From: Iphione sp. A-MEVVRFRX5
Taxonomy: Eukaryota
Direction of reading: 5' to 3'
Assembly: GCA_976226885.1 (NCBI GenBank)
Contig: OZ320315.1
Location: 34,412,001 to 34,476,000 of the forward strand
DNA: 64,000 nt
Position numbers and translations under genes: made by a program. Below are positions 1 to 13,100 of the stretch, piece by piece. A model generated the notes under the pieces. It was not told the origin of the DNA. It ran no database searches and was given only the letters and a program-made list of their open reading frames with translations. Each line of letters begins with the position of its first letter. Within the stretch, counting starts at the first letter, position 1.

Positions 1-1559
1 TGGCAAAGTAAGATTCTCCTGTAATCTGTTCGTGTTAGGTGCTACACCAGGATAGCTGATAGAATGATTCACACTCAGGGCTGGGCAACCTGTAGCATTT
101 TGCAAAAAAAAACAATGTGAGACACAAGCCTTAAAAAATGTGGCAACTTTCTTTCCATACCAACTGGTTGACTGCTGAAATACCTTTCTTTTGTGAAAAA
201 GGCATTAAAGAACATTTCTTTCTAGGCCCAGCTCTGACACTGCCACAGAGAGCACATGCCCTATAGCGAAACTGTTTGCACTTCAAATCTATGTGTCTAA
301 TTTAAGTGCATCGATATACCAGATTTGCATTTACTTCTAATAAAACTTAAAATAAATATACGTACATGTGTATATGTACATGTATGGTTGAAATAACGAA
401 AAACATGAGTGGATTGTTCCTGTTTGATTTTATATCACATGAAACTACCATTATGGCTAGTATTATAGATTAGATGGACTGGAGAGATTTGTATAAAACG
501 ATTGCATAAAAATTCAACAGTTCATTTAATATTAGTGATTTAATTGTAATAAAAAAGAATTGCCGCATCACATTCAAATGTTTCCACAAAACATGCATCA
601 TGTGTTGTAAACAAACTTGTTGCACACACTACATTTTTTTTCTACATTATGTCACCTGTATAACACGATATCAGATGAGTATGCTTCATTTCCGCAGAAA
701 AACTATTAGTAGGTATGTAACCTTTAATTATGTATTTTAAAGCATATTTATGATAAGGATGTTGATATTGACCAATTTAAATGTCAAATTTAAATTCAAA
801 AAAACGTTTATTGTCCATAATCTCTCCATTTTGGAGCTTTCATGATACAGACAGGATAAGCATCAATGTAGCTGCGAGTTATAAGAAACTTCTGTGGTAC
901 AATAACTGTTACATTTGTACACATTTGCCATTAAAGTACCTTTGTGATTTGATAGAGTTTGTGATACATTTGTATGATTCAAGCACAGTACACAATACAC
1001 ACTCTACAAGTGATTGTTAGTATTGATTTTTTTCATATCTATTTGTCCAGTTCATTGCAAATCATTTACTAGACACATAGTCGACTTCTTAATACGTTGC
1101 TGTAATTTTAATCAATACCTAGTAACAGTTGAGAACAAACAAAGTATGCATCTATTATATGTTGTTTTTAGTTTTTGCAACCTTTCTTTTAGTAATACCA
1201 CAAATAAATGGACCGATGTATTCTATGTGGGGATACAAAGATGCTTTGAATATTTGTCTATGTATTCTAATTGGACAGAAATGTTTCATTTTTAGTATTG
1301 GATACACAGTGGCCCATATCCTCTTTGTACATTCACGCACCGACCTTGACCATGTAATTTCTTATTCAACATTGTTTCTTTTTTTAGTGTATCACCTGAT
1401 ACTGTACATCTTCATTTTGATAATTTATGATAAAATAACTGCTTTTTTTGGTACTTATCACAAGACCATTATCTCTACACCAACCTATTGCATACTCATA
1501 TTTCTTTTACATTTACAATGCTGTCTTAAAGTGTGTTCTAGTGTGGGCTTGTTGCTGAG

Positions 1560-2960
1560 TACAGGCAAATGCTGCTATCTGCCATTAGGCAGAGCAGGTG
1601 GCACTAACCTTGACATCACTATTGGGGGAGAGAAACTGGAAATGGTGACAAGTACGCGAATACTTGGTTACACCATTGATGCAAAAATGAGATTTACGGA
1701 GGCTTTGAAAAACACGAAAGCCCACATGTGGAGTGCAGCCCTGAGTATTGGGAGAACCAAGTGGTTCCTTCCAATATCATCTAGAGTAATCCTTTTCAAA
1801 TCTCTGGTGTATACACACCTCCGATATAGCGTGATTCTCTTCTTTGGGTGCTCAAAGTCAAGTATCCGGAATCTGCAGATTCATTTGAATCGCTGTGTAT
1901 CGGTATCTCTACAAGACAATCCGCTCATGTCCGCCAAGGCAATCTGCTTAAAGTATAACATGGACAGGGTGGAGGCTTTAGTGACTCACCGATCACTATC
2001 AGTGATTCACAGGTTAGTTAGCCTCGACCTACTCCCCAGAGCGAAAAACACAAGTACCCAAAGGGGTGCAACGGTCAAAATAAAAAATGACCGAACGCGG
2101 ACTAGTGTTTTCACCCGAAGTCTTAGGCACAAGGGTGTACAAGCCTGGAATGAACTGCCAGCAACCCTAAGGCAGCAGGTCAAACCGAACTTCAGGGCCT
2201 GGCAGGCATGCAAGGATGACTAGATCCCATGTGATCAGCTTAGGGCCACCGAACTGCAAGTGGGGCCCTATCTAGTCCTGCAGTTGCCAATTGAGTACGA
2301 TAGTGGGAAAGGCTGGGGATGATAATATGCCAGCAGATGATGAAGACTAAGAGTTAGTGTCATCTTTACCGGGAAGGGGTCTACAAAAATTTTTCTTTTG
2401 GACTATAGTGGTATGGAGTACACCGTTCTCTTAAAGCAAGGGAGGGGCAGGGGGGGGGGTTGTTATATCTCCCGATTATATGGGGGATCGTTACTGTGAA
2501 TTTGGGATTATGGTTACATACAGCAGTAGGTGTCGAGACAAGCTAGAACAGGTTGTATATTAAGTATGGGATGGAGGGATATCCCTCGTTCCTACAGCAC
2601 CTGCTCTGTAGCAAAGCTGTCCAGTGCTGGCTTTTTCAAGCTGCGGGAGCCATTGATCAGGTCAGTTTTAATGATCCACCAGCTCATGTGTCGACTTTGC
2701 TATCACAGACCGTAATTGGGTGGTGGCTTGCAGCTACATGGTCAATACTCTTATATTTTACCAATGTATCTATCATTGTTAACCCTGTATTGATCACTGT
2801 GTGTACCCTGTTCTGTTTTATTTGTCATGTTGCTCGTCATGTGCGAATGTATTCCTTCCTTCTGTAAGAATCAATGTGTTGCTTCGTTCGATATAACTGT
2901 CCAATGAAAACTTTGTATTCACACAAAGAGGACAATAACATTATCAATCAATCAATCAAT
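1560..2960 (+). mobile_element. 5'-truncated non-LTR retrotransposon (CR1/L2-like): RT C-terminal region, 3' UTR and (TCAA)n tail
   Basis: The C-terminal half of ORF 1129-2223 has typical LINE RT-tail motifs (ILGYTIDAKMRF, SRVILFKSLVYTHLRYS, SLRHKGVQAWNELP). The element ends in atcaatcaatcaatcaat at 2943-2960. A related 3' end lies on the minus strand near 5170-5210. The 5' boundary is approximate. Confidence 0.8.
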
Positions 2961-3710
2961 TGTGTTGTATTTCAACTACAGAGTTTTTCTTGATCACAAA
3001 TGTTTTATCATCTGCGTATATTGTCACTGCTGTATCAGCCAGGATACCAAGTACTTTACTGTTTATTGTTATTGCAAATCCCAGGGGTCTGACCACACTT
3101 CCTTGTGGAATGCTATGTCTCTGTGTGTTTTTGGTAGAATATGTGCCATTTACATCAACATACTGCTGTCTTTCTCTGAAATAGCTCTCCATGAATCGCA
3201 AGGTACCTGTATCTAGTCGCTCCAATTTGAGTATTTTCAGTAAATAGTCCATGTTCAATACATCAAAAGCTTTTTGTAAGTCCAGGGCAAGTATTGCTAC
3301 CCTATTTTTCTCTTCTAAACCATCTAGTATGTTTCTAATTATTCAGCCATAGCGGTTTTGGTTGACTTATCCAGAGGGAAGCCATGTTGATGTTTTGACC
3401 AGAATAGCATCCCAGCAAGTAGAATAATTTTTCCGACAACTTCTCCAGGGGTTGGTAATGTACTTACATGTTGATAGTTTTCTACTTCATTTTTGGACCC
3501 TTTTTTGTGTACTGGCACCACACGGGCAGTTTTCCATGATGTAATGAACTGGCCATTGTCTATGCACTCATTAAATATAGAGGTCACTTGTGGTACCATA
3601 ATTTTTAGGCATTCTTTTAGACATGGTGATGGGATTCCTGGTACATTGCCGCTGTCATGTGTATTTTTAATTGTAAAAACATCGTTTAAGGCTGAATATC
3701 CTTAGGCATG
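2961..3710 (-). mobile_element. Degraded LINE RT fragment
   Basis: Minus-strand ORFs contain WKTARVVPVHKKG, QHGF, IPQGSVVRPL and IYADD (RT motifs), broken by stops and frameshifts. Confidence 0.85.
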
Positions 3711-4269
3711 TGTTTTCATAGCAGTGCTGCCATGGTTTTTTGGCACCTCTGTCACTTAACACGGCTAAAAAAAAGTGTAAGTTTATAAAGAGGCAACTTG
3801 AGGTTCACTGCCTAACCCCAAAAAACATCGGACTGAAATAAGGGAAAAACTCCCAGGCACTAACAAGGACCGTGCCATATACTTATCTGATGATAAAAGA
3901 TGTGGCCAAGTATCTAAATACATAGTATGTTGAAATTGTAAGAGATCTACAGGGGAGGTCAGGGGGTACCCAATAACGCATCACCAAGAATTCAGACCAT
4001 CTGTATTGCTTCAAGGAATGGCAAGTAACACTTCATGTGGAATTAATTCTTTGATAGCACTTTACCAGGACATGCCTAATAATGCTTTACATGGATCTAG
4101 AAGGGTGAATAACGTTTCGCGCTGAATTAAAATCACCAATACACTTCACCAAAATAGTTGATACCCCCTGTTGATCTATGCATTCAGCTGGAGAAACCTG
4201 CGGTGAATGAGCAGACAGAAATTCTAAATCTACATTTTAAGTTGGAGGAGCCCACTGAATTGCATGTTA

Positions 4270-4870
4270 AGAAATTAATATAGCTCCTTCAAAGCCAGCA
4301 AATATAGACTTTAAAATAGGGACAGTTACACCAGTTCATAAAGGAGGCACCATGTCAGAACCAGTTTATCAACCAGTAAACATCTTACCTATAGCTAGCA
4401 AACTCCAGGAACAAGTAGTATATAATCAGCTGCAAGACTACCTAGAAGACAATGATGGCATAATGACCTCCAATTTGGTTTCTGCACAAGACAAAATACT
4501 ACACACACAACAGCTAAGTTTTACTATTTATGTGACTCCCTTAATAGGAAAGAGTCATATGGTCTAAGCCTTTTTTAATTTTGATTTAAACTTTTTAATT
4601 CAGTAAATCATAAAATATGATTTTAATAAATACTCAAAATTGAAGCCTCTTGGCATAGCTGATCATAGATGGCTAGTTATCTGGAATATAGGCAACAGAG
4701 GGTATCAGCAAAGAAAAGAAACAAATATCTAAGTATGGGAGTCTCACAGGGGCCAGTCCTAGAACTGCTTCTGTATATTGAAACACATGAATGACATTCC
4801 TCAAATACTGAAAGAGTGTGAGGCAATCTTGTACGTGGATGACATGGTCATTATGGAATCTTGTCCTGTC
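4270..4870 (+). mobile_element. Degraded LINE RT fragment
   Basis: VTPVHKGG...YQPVNILP, a GVSQGPVL-like motif and LYVDD are spread over several frames. Confidence 0.7.
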
Positions 4871-7800
4871 GATGTACTAAGATTAATGAGCCACAGCATT
4901 CATGTATTTACAGAAGAATCATTCAAGAATGAACTGAATTTTTGTACCCTTAGTACATTCAGAGTGGTGGAGGAGATCTTGTCACTGGTCATTATGGAAT
5001 AAATGGATGAGGATTATGAGGTCAGTTGTTATTGTCATTATTGTTTGGGAAGAGTAAAAGTAAATGTTGAAAAATCCCTGTAACTTTGAAGTGGATGCTA
5101 ATCGGGGCAGTGTGTGAACAAAGACTCGTCCACTTTCAAGTCAAGAATCTCGATCCAATTTTGACTGAGTGGATTGATTGAATGTCTTTATTATCCTCTT
5201 TGTATGAAGTACATGGAGTTTTTCAGTATAATAGAATGCAATGAAATGCTTGGGTGGAGCAGATTACAATCAACTGGTTGCTATGGAGGAGAACAACAAC
5301 AATCTGTCTGACTATCAAGACAGTAAGAAAATGTAATGTGTTTGACAGGAAAAGAAAAAGGAAACCTCATGAATAAAGTTGAGCTATTTATCAATCAGGA
5401 GAGGAAATATTCTTTTTTCCCGTTTTGTGAACAGGTTCTAGCAGAAAACTTTCACCTATACAGTAATTAAAAGTGTATGAGCGAAATTCCTGATATTCCT
5501 GCTTAAAGTATTAGAAAAAATATTCCTATTAATCTTATCATATCATATTAGGTTTTACTCAAACATCCACCTACATAGTAATTTAAAAGTGTATAAGAAG
5601 AAATCTTCATCTTCCTGACATGTTTGCAAAATACATGGTATTCTTAACAGGTGTGTTTGCGAATATGTACCATAGAAAACGTTTTTAAAATAAAAGATAA
5701 AATGTTTCCTCAAATGCTTTCTTGTTACATCAATCCTCTACATTCATCTGGTAAAAAGTCATTTTCACACGGTAACTATTTAGTAGTAGTTTCATATTTT
5801 CACTTTTAAACTAAGTCTGTTGCCCTAGATGATAAGAATAGGAGGATGTTTTTTGTATCAAGTATGGAGCTCTCGCTGCACTACAAATGAAGATAGCACT
5901 TGATAAAAGTTAGGTCAGTCACTGCATCCGGGGGGGGGGTTATCTCTGCACTCTTCATCCGATCAGAATTCAGTGTAGCAGTCAGAGAATGAGTTCAGAC
6001 GCATCAACTGTAACAGGTGGATGTAAAAGATCTACATACACAGACATGCTCTCTAAACAGGACTTTGCTTTTACTTTCACAACAGGGTAGATACATCCAA
6101 AGAGGTAGGAGATGATGTTGTCATCATTAAAGTGGTGACCAAACATGTTGGGATAGGTATTGTATTATGCGTCATATATATGTACAACTACTAGTTTTCA
6201 ATATGTTGATAGTGTCATTAATATGGCTACCCCTCCTTTTCCCAGGCTTGATATGCGACGTATACAGCTACATATGTACTAGTTTCAGCCATGTTGATGA
6301 TGTCATCAATATTGCTATCCCTCTCTCAGCGAATCAGAAACTCAATTATGTCGACCATGTTAATGAAGTCACTTCATTTTCCCATCATTCCTTGCTGTTT
6401 TCCATATTAATGACGTCATCAGCTCTCAACCAATCAGAAGCCATAATCAGCAATGCACCTTGATTATTTTTCACACGTTTCCCAGACTATGCCATAGAAT
6501 TATGCATTTTGTTTGGTGGAAGAGCTATTGTTAAGTCATAAAAGTCAACACTGTGTTGTAGTTAATAGGTTGACACCTTAGTAATGAGTCTGCTGCTTAT
6601 CAATATTTACAGATTCCATAATGACTGAGATGCCATCATCCCCATTCCCAGTTCCCATGGTCACATTGAATGATGGGTATAGCATGCCCGCCATCGCCTT
6701 AGGTACCAGCCAGCAAGTCCACAATGAGACCAAGGTAAGACTAACACTGAGTCTGTACTCACGGATGGTGCCATATTTGTGCATGCATCTGTGAACAAAG
6801 AAGTGCATGATTTAGACTGTCCGGCTGTGTGTGATCTAACTGACTGTGCCACAGAAACCAGACTATGGTTAGAGGTTCTAATACTTGGGCCGTGACATCA
6901 GCTATAACAGGATATTCAAGTGGGGCATTTGTCCCGAGACCCAAAAGCTTTCTCAGAACAGACAATGGATTTTCATTGGTTGTTTTTCTGGGAACGCTTG
7001 TAGTAACCAATCACATTACTTGTCTGGTCAAGGTCTAGAGAAAAAGCTTCAGACTAAGCGCCTCAGCCTCTAAAGGGCACCGAAGTAAGCCACATTCTCT
7101 GTGCAAGAAGTGGCAAATTTAAGGCAGCTGGGCAAATGTCTCTAGTCAGTGCTATGGGAAAAACCTATACCAGAATTAGTTTCTTTTTATTAGAGGATAA
7201 GTTTGGGTTATTTTTACTTGAAATTTGAAAGGTGTACAGATTTGAGGATACAGAATATTACGCTCTAAAGATATTTTATCAAAAATTATATTCCAGGATT
7301 ACAGTAAAATGCTTCTGCATACGCATAAATGTGGGATAGATGTACAACCACTGTAAATTTCAAAGAAAACAAAACAATAGTTTATCTTCTAAAGATATTG
7401 AAAGATCTAGCCCCATATATTAAGCACTGTGAGAAAACATTGCCTGTGCCCAGTCATTCATCAACAGGAAGTAGAACTTGTGTGAGCTCTGGTGCCCTAT
7501 CAGCCCTTGACTTAGGGACTTAGTCCAACGTGCCTAACCCAGAAAATGAATTTAACTGCTCTGGTTGATTGTACATTTTGGATATATATTAAAAGTGCTT
7601 CTGTGTGCAGAAATGTTCTTATAATTTACAAACATCTTTAGTCTGACCACTTGTAAAATTGCTTCCATATTTTCATGAATTCACTATCTCTTTAGTGTAA
7701 GCTCCAGTCATAGAGGTACGAAAAGAAAGAAAGAGATGGCCGAAAAGTAGAAAAAAAACTGATATAAATTTACTGAAAACCCACAAAATTAATGCAAATT

Positions 7801-10182
7801 TGGCCGATAAAACACCAAACTGGTGCTTATTTGGCTGAAAAATAGTAAAACTGTTCTTTTCCCCTGGATCCATACCTAACATGATTCTTTCAATCTCACT
7901 TTTCCTATACTACTTGGGAAAACTCGGCCATACTGCTGTGAAAACTGGGCATTTTTCAGTCCAAAACACAGCAGCACAACCATGGTTGCCTACCCAAGGC
8001 CAATATTTTACAGGGATTAAACAAAGGTTCAACTTTTGTAACACAACAACAAGTTGGTTGATCTTTATTGCAGTAGAGTAGACATATACAGGTGGTGATG
8101 TGGAGCTCTCCAAAAGGCTAGGAGAAATCAGAAACTATATATCAATAGTTCATGACCATTGTGCCATAGTTTACAGCCTTTCTGTCAAAGTTCACAACCT
8201 CAGGTCATAGGACACATGAACTCTGACTGGAGGGAACAACCTGGGTTATGACTGGTCAATTTTCAAATTAACCCCTGGTCCCATCCTTGCACCCTTTCAT
8301 GACATGTCTTTCCAGGTGTCTGCTTTCAAGGCCTTTCCTGGTAGCTCCCAAGATCTCCTTTTCAATGTACCTTTTTGTTATGTCCACATGTCAGCCTTAC
8401 ATAGTTTATGGATGTCTGTTCTGGTTTAGACTGTTGGTGTTCATACTTTCAGTTGCACCACTTAGTAACATGGCCCAGCTGTTATATCCACACAGGCAGT
8501 GCTTAAGTACTTATATCTATACAAAAATAAACCTTAAAAGGTTTTTTTCCCAAAAAAACACCTATAAGATAACAATATCACTACAACCCTGGTAATTTAA
8601 ATTCCTCACAAATAACCAAAAGCCTGATGAGACAGCCGTCAAAACCGTGTCATAGGTGACTTAAAAACAGCCAAAAATGTACATAAAATCCACTATGAAT
8701 AATTACTGTAGTGACACCATAAGGGAAAGGAAGTCCTGGTCACCACAGCAACAATCAAAACAACAGTGGATATAAAAGAAGCAGACACAGAGCTGGCTGG
8801 TACACTGACTCGGTAGCTGCGTTTCAACAATAATTATAATTATACACTGTGCAATGAACTCTCCTTCTTGTCTTAATGCTTTTTAATTAAAAGATGTGTT
8901 TAATTACAATAAAATTAATCATTTAAAACACTGTGTATACTTTGTCTCACATGCGTTTGTGATGATATATCTCTTAGAAAGGGTCATTCATGCTTAAACT
9001 GAAATAAAAGCTGCACCTGTGAATAAAGGTTCCTTAAAAGAGGAAATAATTAATTTATGGGCCTTTGTCGCAAGCTAATATCCTACAGCATATCTGATCA
9101 CTGCATTACATAGCAAGTGCACTGTATGTGCAAAGCTATGAAATAACACTACAGTTGAGACTCACATAGGCAATCAAGCTTGGAACTGGCCAATTTTTGG
9201 TCACTTCCATGGTTTGGTCTCATTAGACATACTCTACAAAGAGGGAAACTAATGATTTATTCTCCGAAATCTTGGTTTCTCCTCCAGTTTGGTCTCTCAA
9301 GTGGATTGTTCATTAACTCTTTCTTGTTCATCAACTCTCTTGTTCATTAACTCTTTCTTCATTTTCTCTTCTGTATTTTGCATGCAAATGACGTAAGTAG
9401 CTATGAAAAACTAGCTAAGCAACTGTGGTAACATGGCGCGTTATGGCATGTCAATGAGCGATCAATTGCATTAGAATAGATGTTCTGAGGATTACATAAT
9501 ATTTTATCATAAAAACCAAAGACCGGCCGACTGAAACAGTTATTTTGAATAGTCTTTGATACATGGACTACAATATTGATCACTAGTATGTCACAACAAG
9601 TTAATATACACTGCTTATATTTTAGTTATGTTTCAACACGAAAATACATGTATATACTATGGCCTCACTCACTATGGAAATACCAACGAAGAGGACAGAT
9701 TCATAGTTAGATCTGAAATAAAAGAAACAAATTTTATTTTGCCGCGAAGTGTTACCATCTAAGAGGATACCCATATAATGTGGGAAAAGAAAGCAAAGGG
9801 AACCACATTTAGCCAGTCCAATGTAAGCATATATTATGACAGATTACCTTGAATTATATAGATGTCCACGTATAGATGGTATAGTTCTATTATAATTGCC
9901 TGGCCCAGTCTAGCCATGGTAAATGTGCCCAGTGGTGGGTCCAGAAAACATGCATACATGGGTATAGTGCCTTAGTGTGTGAGTACATGTACAATTATTC
10001 CAGCTAACACCAATGACCCTACATGGGACGAAATAGGATGTACTTGAAATGCAATTTGATTTCTTGTGAATTGGTATACGAAGTATATACTGTCAAGGTA
10101 CTGATAATATAACTAATAATTCGATTGAATTAGATGAATCTAAAACATGGATATCACGCTTCAGTACCTACTCTCTTTTTAG

Positions 10183-13100
10183 ATCTTTAACACCGTGAAA
10201 GAATCCGTTCGTTCGGCTATTGACTGTGGCTATCGCCAGTTTGACGCCGCTTTCATTGTACAGAATGAGAGGCCAGTGGGTGAGGCTATAAATGAAAAGA
10301 TCCAGGAGGGAGCCATCACTCGTGAAGATGTCTTCATTACTAACAAGGTAAGGGACCACGCCCTCCATTCATCTGACCATATCGACGCTTACTTTTTGTG
10401 TGGTGACATTCATTCTGCAGGCCTGTAGCCAGGAGCTTTTGCGGGGGGTATCTTAAATTACAGAAGTGGAACTCCTGGTTAGAGAGGTGGAACTCCTGGT
10501 GAGAAATCAACATATTTTGATCTATTTTCCTCACTTTTCCTCACTTCTGTTCACCAGTTTTGTGATTTTATGACATTCTCATTTATAAGGTGCTTTTCTT
10601 ACATTTGCTCACTTTTCTTTACTTCTGTTTACCAGGTTTTGCATGTATTTTCTTCATGGTGGAACTAATGTGTCCTCGGGGGGGTATCAGACAATACCCC
10701 CGATACCCCTTTGGCTATGGGCCTGTTCTGACCAATCAGAATGCTATTTTTAAATGTGCCAGGAGTTGCAACCACATACAGGAGACTCTCACCCTGCGAC
10801 CAGTCGCCTAGGGCGACCAGTCAGCCAGTGCGACCAGTTTTGCTCAGAACGAACCAAATTTCAGTACATTTGCTATATGATACACTTCGCCCAGGGCGAC
10901 CACTGGCTTGGGCGACCATTCGCCCATTGAGACCACCATTTTAAGAACAAAAACGCAGATTTGAGGGTGTCTAATGCGACCACCTGCCTTGAGGCCTATG
11001 AAAACGACCTTAGAGGCACTCCTGTCACGCTTGTTTGAGGGTAACCGGGGTGACCACCGGCCCTGGTACCCACGAAACACTATGAAAACGACCTTAGAGG
11101 CACTCCTGTCACGCTTGTTTGAGGGTAACCGGGGTGACTACCGGCCCTGATACCCACGAAACACTATGAAAACGACCTTAGAGGCACTCCTGTCGCGCTT
11201 CTTTGAGGGTAACCGGGGCGACCACCGGCCACAGTACCCAGAAATCACTATGAAAACGAGCTTAGAGGAACTCCTGTCACGCTTGTTTGAGGGTAACCGG
11301 GGCAACCGCCGGCGCCGGTCCCCAGAAACACTATGAAAACGACCCTAGAGGAACTCCTGTCGCGCTTCTTTGAGGGTATCCGGGGCGACCACAAGCTTCA
11401 TTTTACATTCAGTTAATGTACACTTCTTTTCCCCATAATATTCAGTTAATTTATACTTCTTTTCCCCATAATATTCAGTTAACTTGGACTTTTTCCCCAT
11501 AATATTCAGTTAACTTGGACTTTTTCCCCATAATATTCAGTTAACTTGGACTTTTTCCCCATAATATTCAGTTAATTCAGACTTCTTTTCCCCATAATAT
11601 TCCCCATAGAGAAGAACACATAGAGAGGGACATAGAGAGAGAGAGGGATACAGAGAGAGGGACATAGAGAGAGAGAGGGCTACAGAGAGAGGGACATAGA
11701 GAGAGAGAGGGCTACAGAGAGAGGGACATAGAGAGAGAGGGGGAGGCACCCAATGCCTTGGGCGACCAGTTGCCTAATGCGACCACTTAGGCTCAGTCCC
11801 TTAGGTGGCCGCAATAGGCGGAGTCTCCTGTACAAAATTGTTTAGCATTTAAAGTCAATACGGGTCATGTGGCTTTATTAGAATATTGCAGATAGAACTA
11901 TTGAATTTTACAGAGAAGGAAAAGGACATCGCAAAAGTAATTCTGCATTGGTTTGGTGCAGTTGTGTTTGGTAGCTATTAAACCGGCGGGGGGTGGGGTT
12001 TAATCCCCCACTGCTAAGGAATCACCAAGGATTAAGAAAAATTCAATAACCATTTACTAAAAAATGACTAACACAGATAATCAATCACTAAGATACTAGA
12101 CCCTATTATATACCATTCTAGCTGAATTGCAGAGGCAACTAGCACTTGGTGTTGAATTAAAATGCCTTTTCATGCATCACTAGAATAGTTGTCCCCCCGC
12201 CCTGTTATTGAAGTATGAGCTTTAAAAGATGACTGCTGAAGCCTAGATATTCTAGTTTATATTTTTTAAGCTTCTTTGAGTATTATACTAAAATAAAAGT
12301 ACAATGAAAAGTTTCACTCTATGTTGATTCTGATTTTGGTACTCTCAATATTTGATAATCCTCACTTATTCATGGATGTGCAACAAGATCTATTAAAATT
12401 CTTTCCATATGGAAGTAAAGCTAATGATTGAACAAATGCTTCAGGGCTGTAGCCAGGACATTTGGTGGGGGGTATCGGACGATACCCCCAATAGGTCAGG
12501 GGTGGAACATCCTGGAGACTATTTCTATTCAAGTGTGTATGTAGGAATCTTTGAGGGGGGTATCAGACGATACCCCCTTGGCTACGGGCCTGTGCTTAGA
12601 CATAATACCTGCCACTGGCTACTAATCATCAACACGTGTTTCATTGTCTCTGCAGCTGTGGTCTACTTCTCACCGACGTTCAGAGGTGGTGCGGGCTCTA
12701 AAGAAATCTCTGAGATCAATGGGTCTGGACTACATCAATATGTACCACATTCATTTCCCGGTCGCTATGCCAGTAAGTAACATCAGAAAACATTCGTTCT
12801 CGTCAGGGTGGATCATTTAGCAGTTTTACTTACAACGGAGAGACGTACCTTGAACAGGTTTTTCCCATCTTTGTAGAGTCTAGTCTCAGTTTTGGACCCA
12901 ATTTAGCTCAGAATTTTTTTTATACTTTGAAGTTCACATTCTTATTTTTGTATATTAGCAAGGTGTTTGGTTTCTGCTTCTGTGTGCGCTGCAGTACAAT
13001 CCATGTGTACCTATATATTGCCAACAGAGAAATTTCTTCCTTTTTTTGATATACAACCAGCTCTTTTCTTTTGACATCAACTAAGGCCTTCAGCACTTGC

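Larger units (their letters stand above)
10779..11830. mobile_element. Non-autonomous pogo/Tc1-mariner-like element (TA TSD) carrying internal satellites
   Basis: TA-CAGGAGACTC...GAGTCTCCTG-TA termini, with many subterminal GCGACCA motifs. Confidence 0.8.

Noticed and set aside
1129..1560. Hydrophobic N-terminal half of the 364-aa ORF, suggesting a membrane protein fused to an RT tail
   Set aside because: T-rich low-complexity sequence that happens to be open upstream of a truncated LINE; TTG start and no family motif.
6759..7010. LLGLGT motif as the missing AKR exon 1
   Set aside because: It is on the wrong strand with no suitable donor. No convincing plus-strand exon 1 was found, so it probably lies upstream of the window.
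10996..11600. Regularly spaced repeats suggesting a CRISPR array
   Set aside because: Head-to-tail units without unique spacers, no cas genes, and a eukaryotic intron context.
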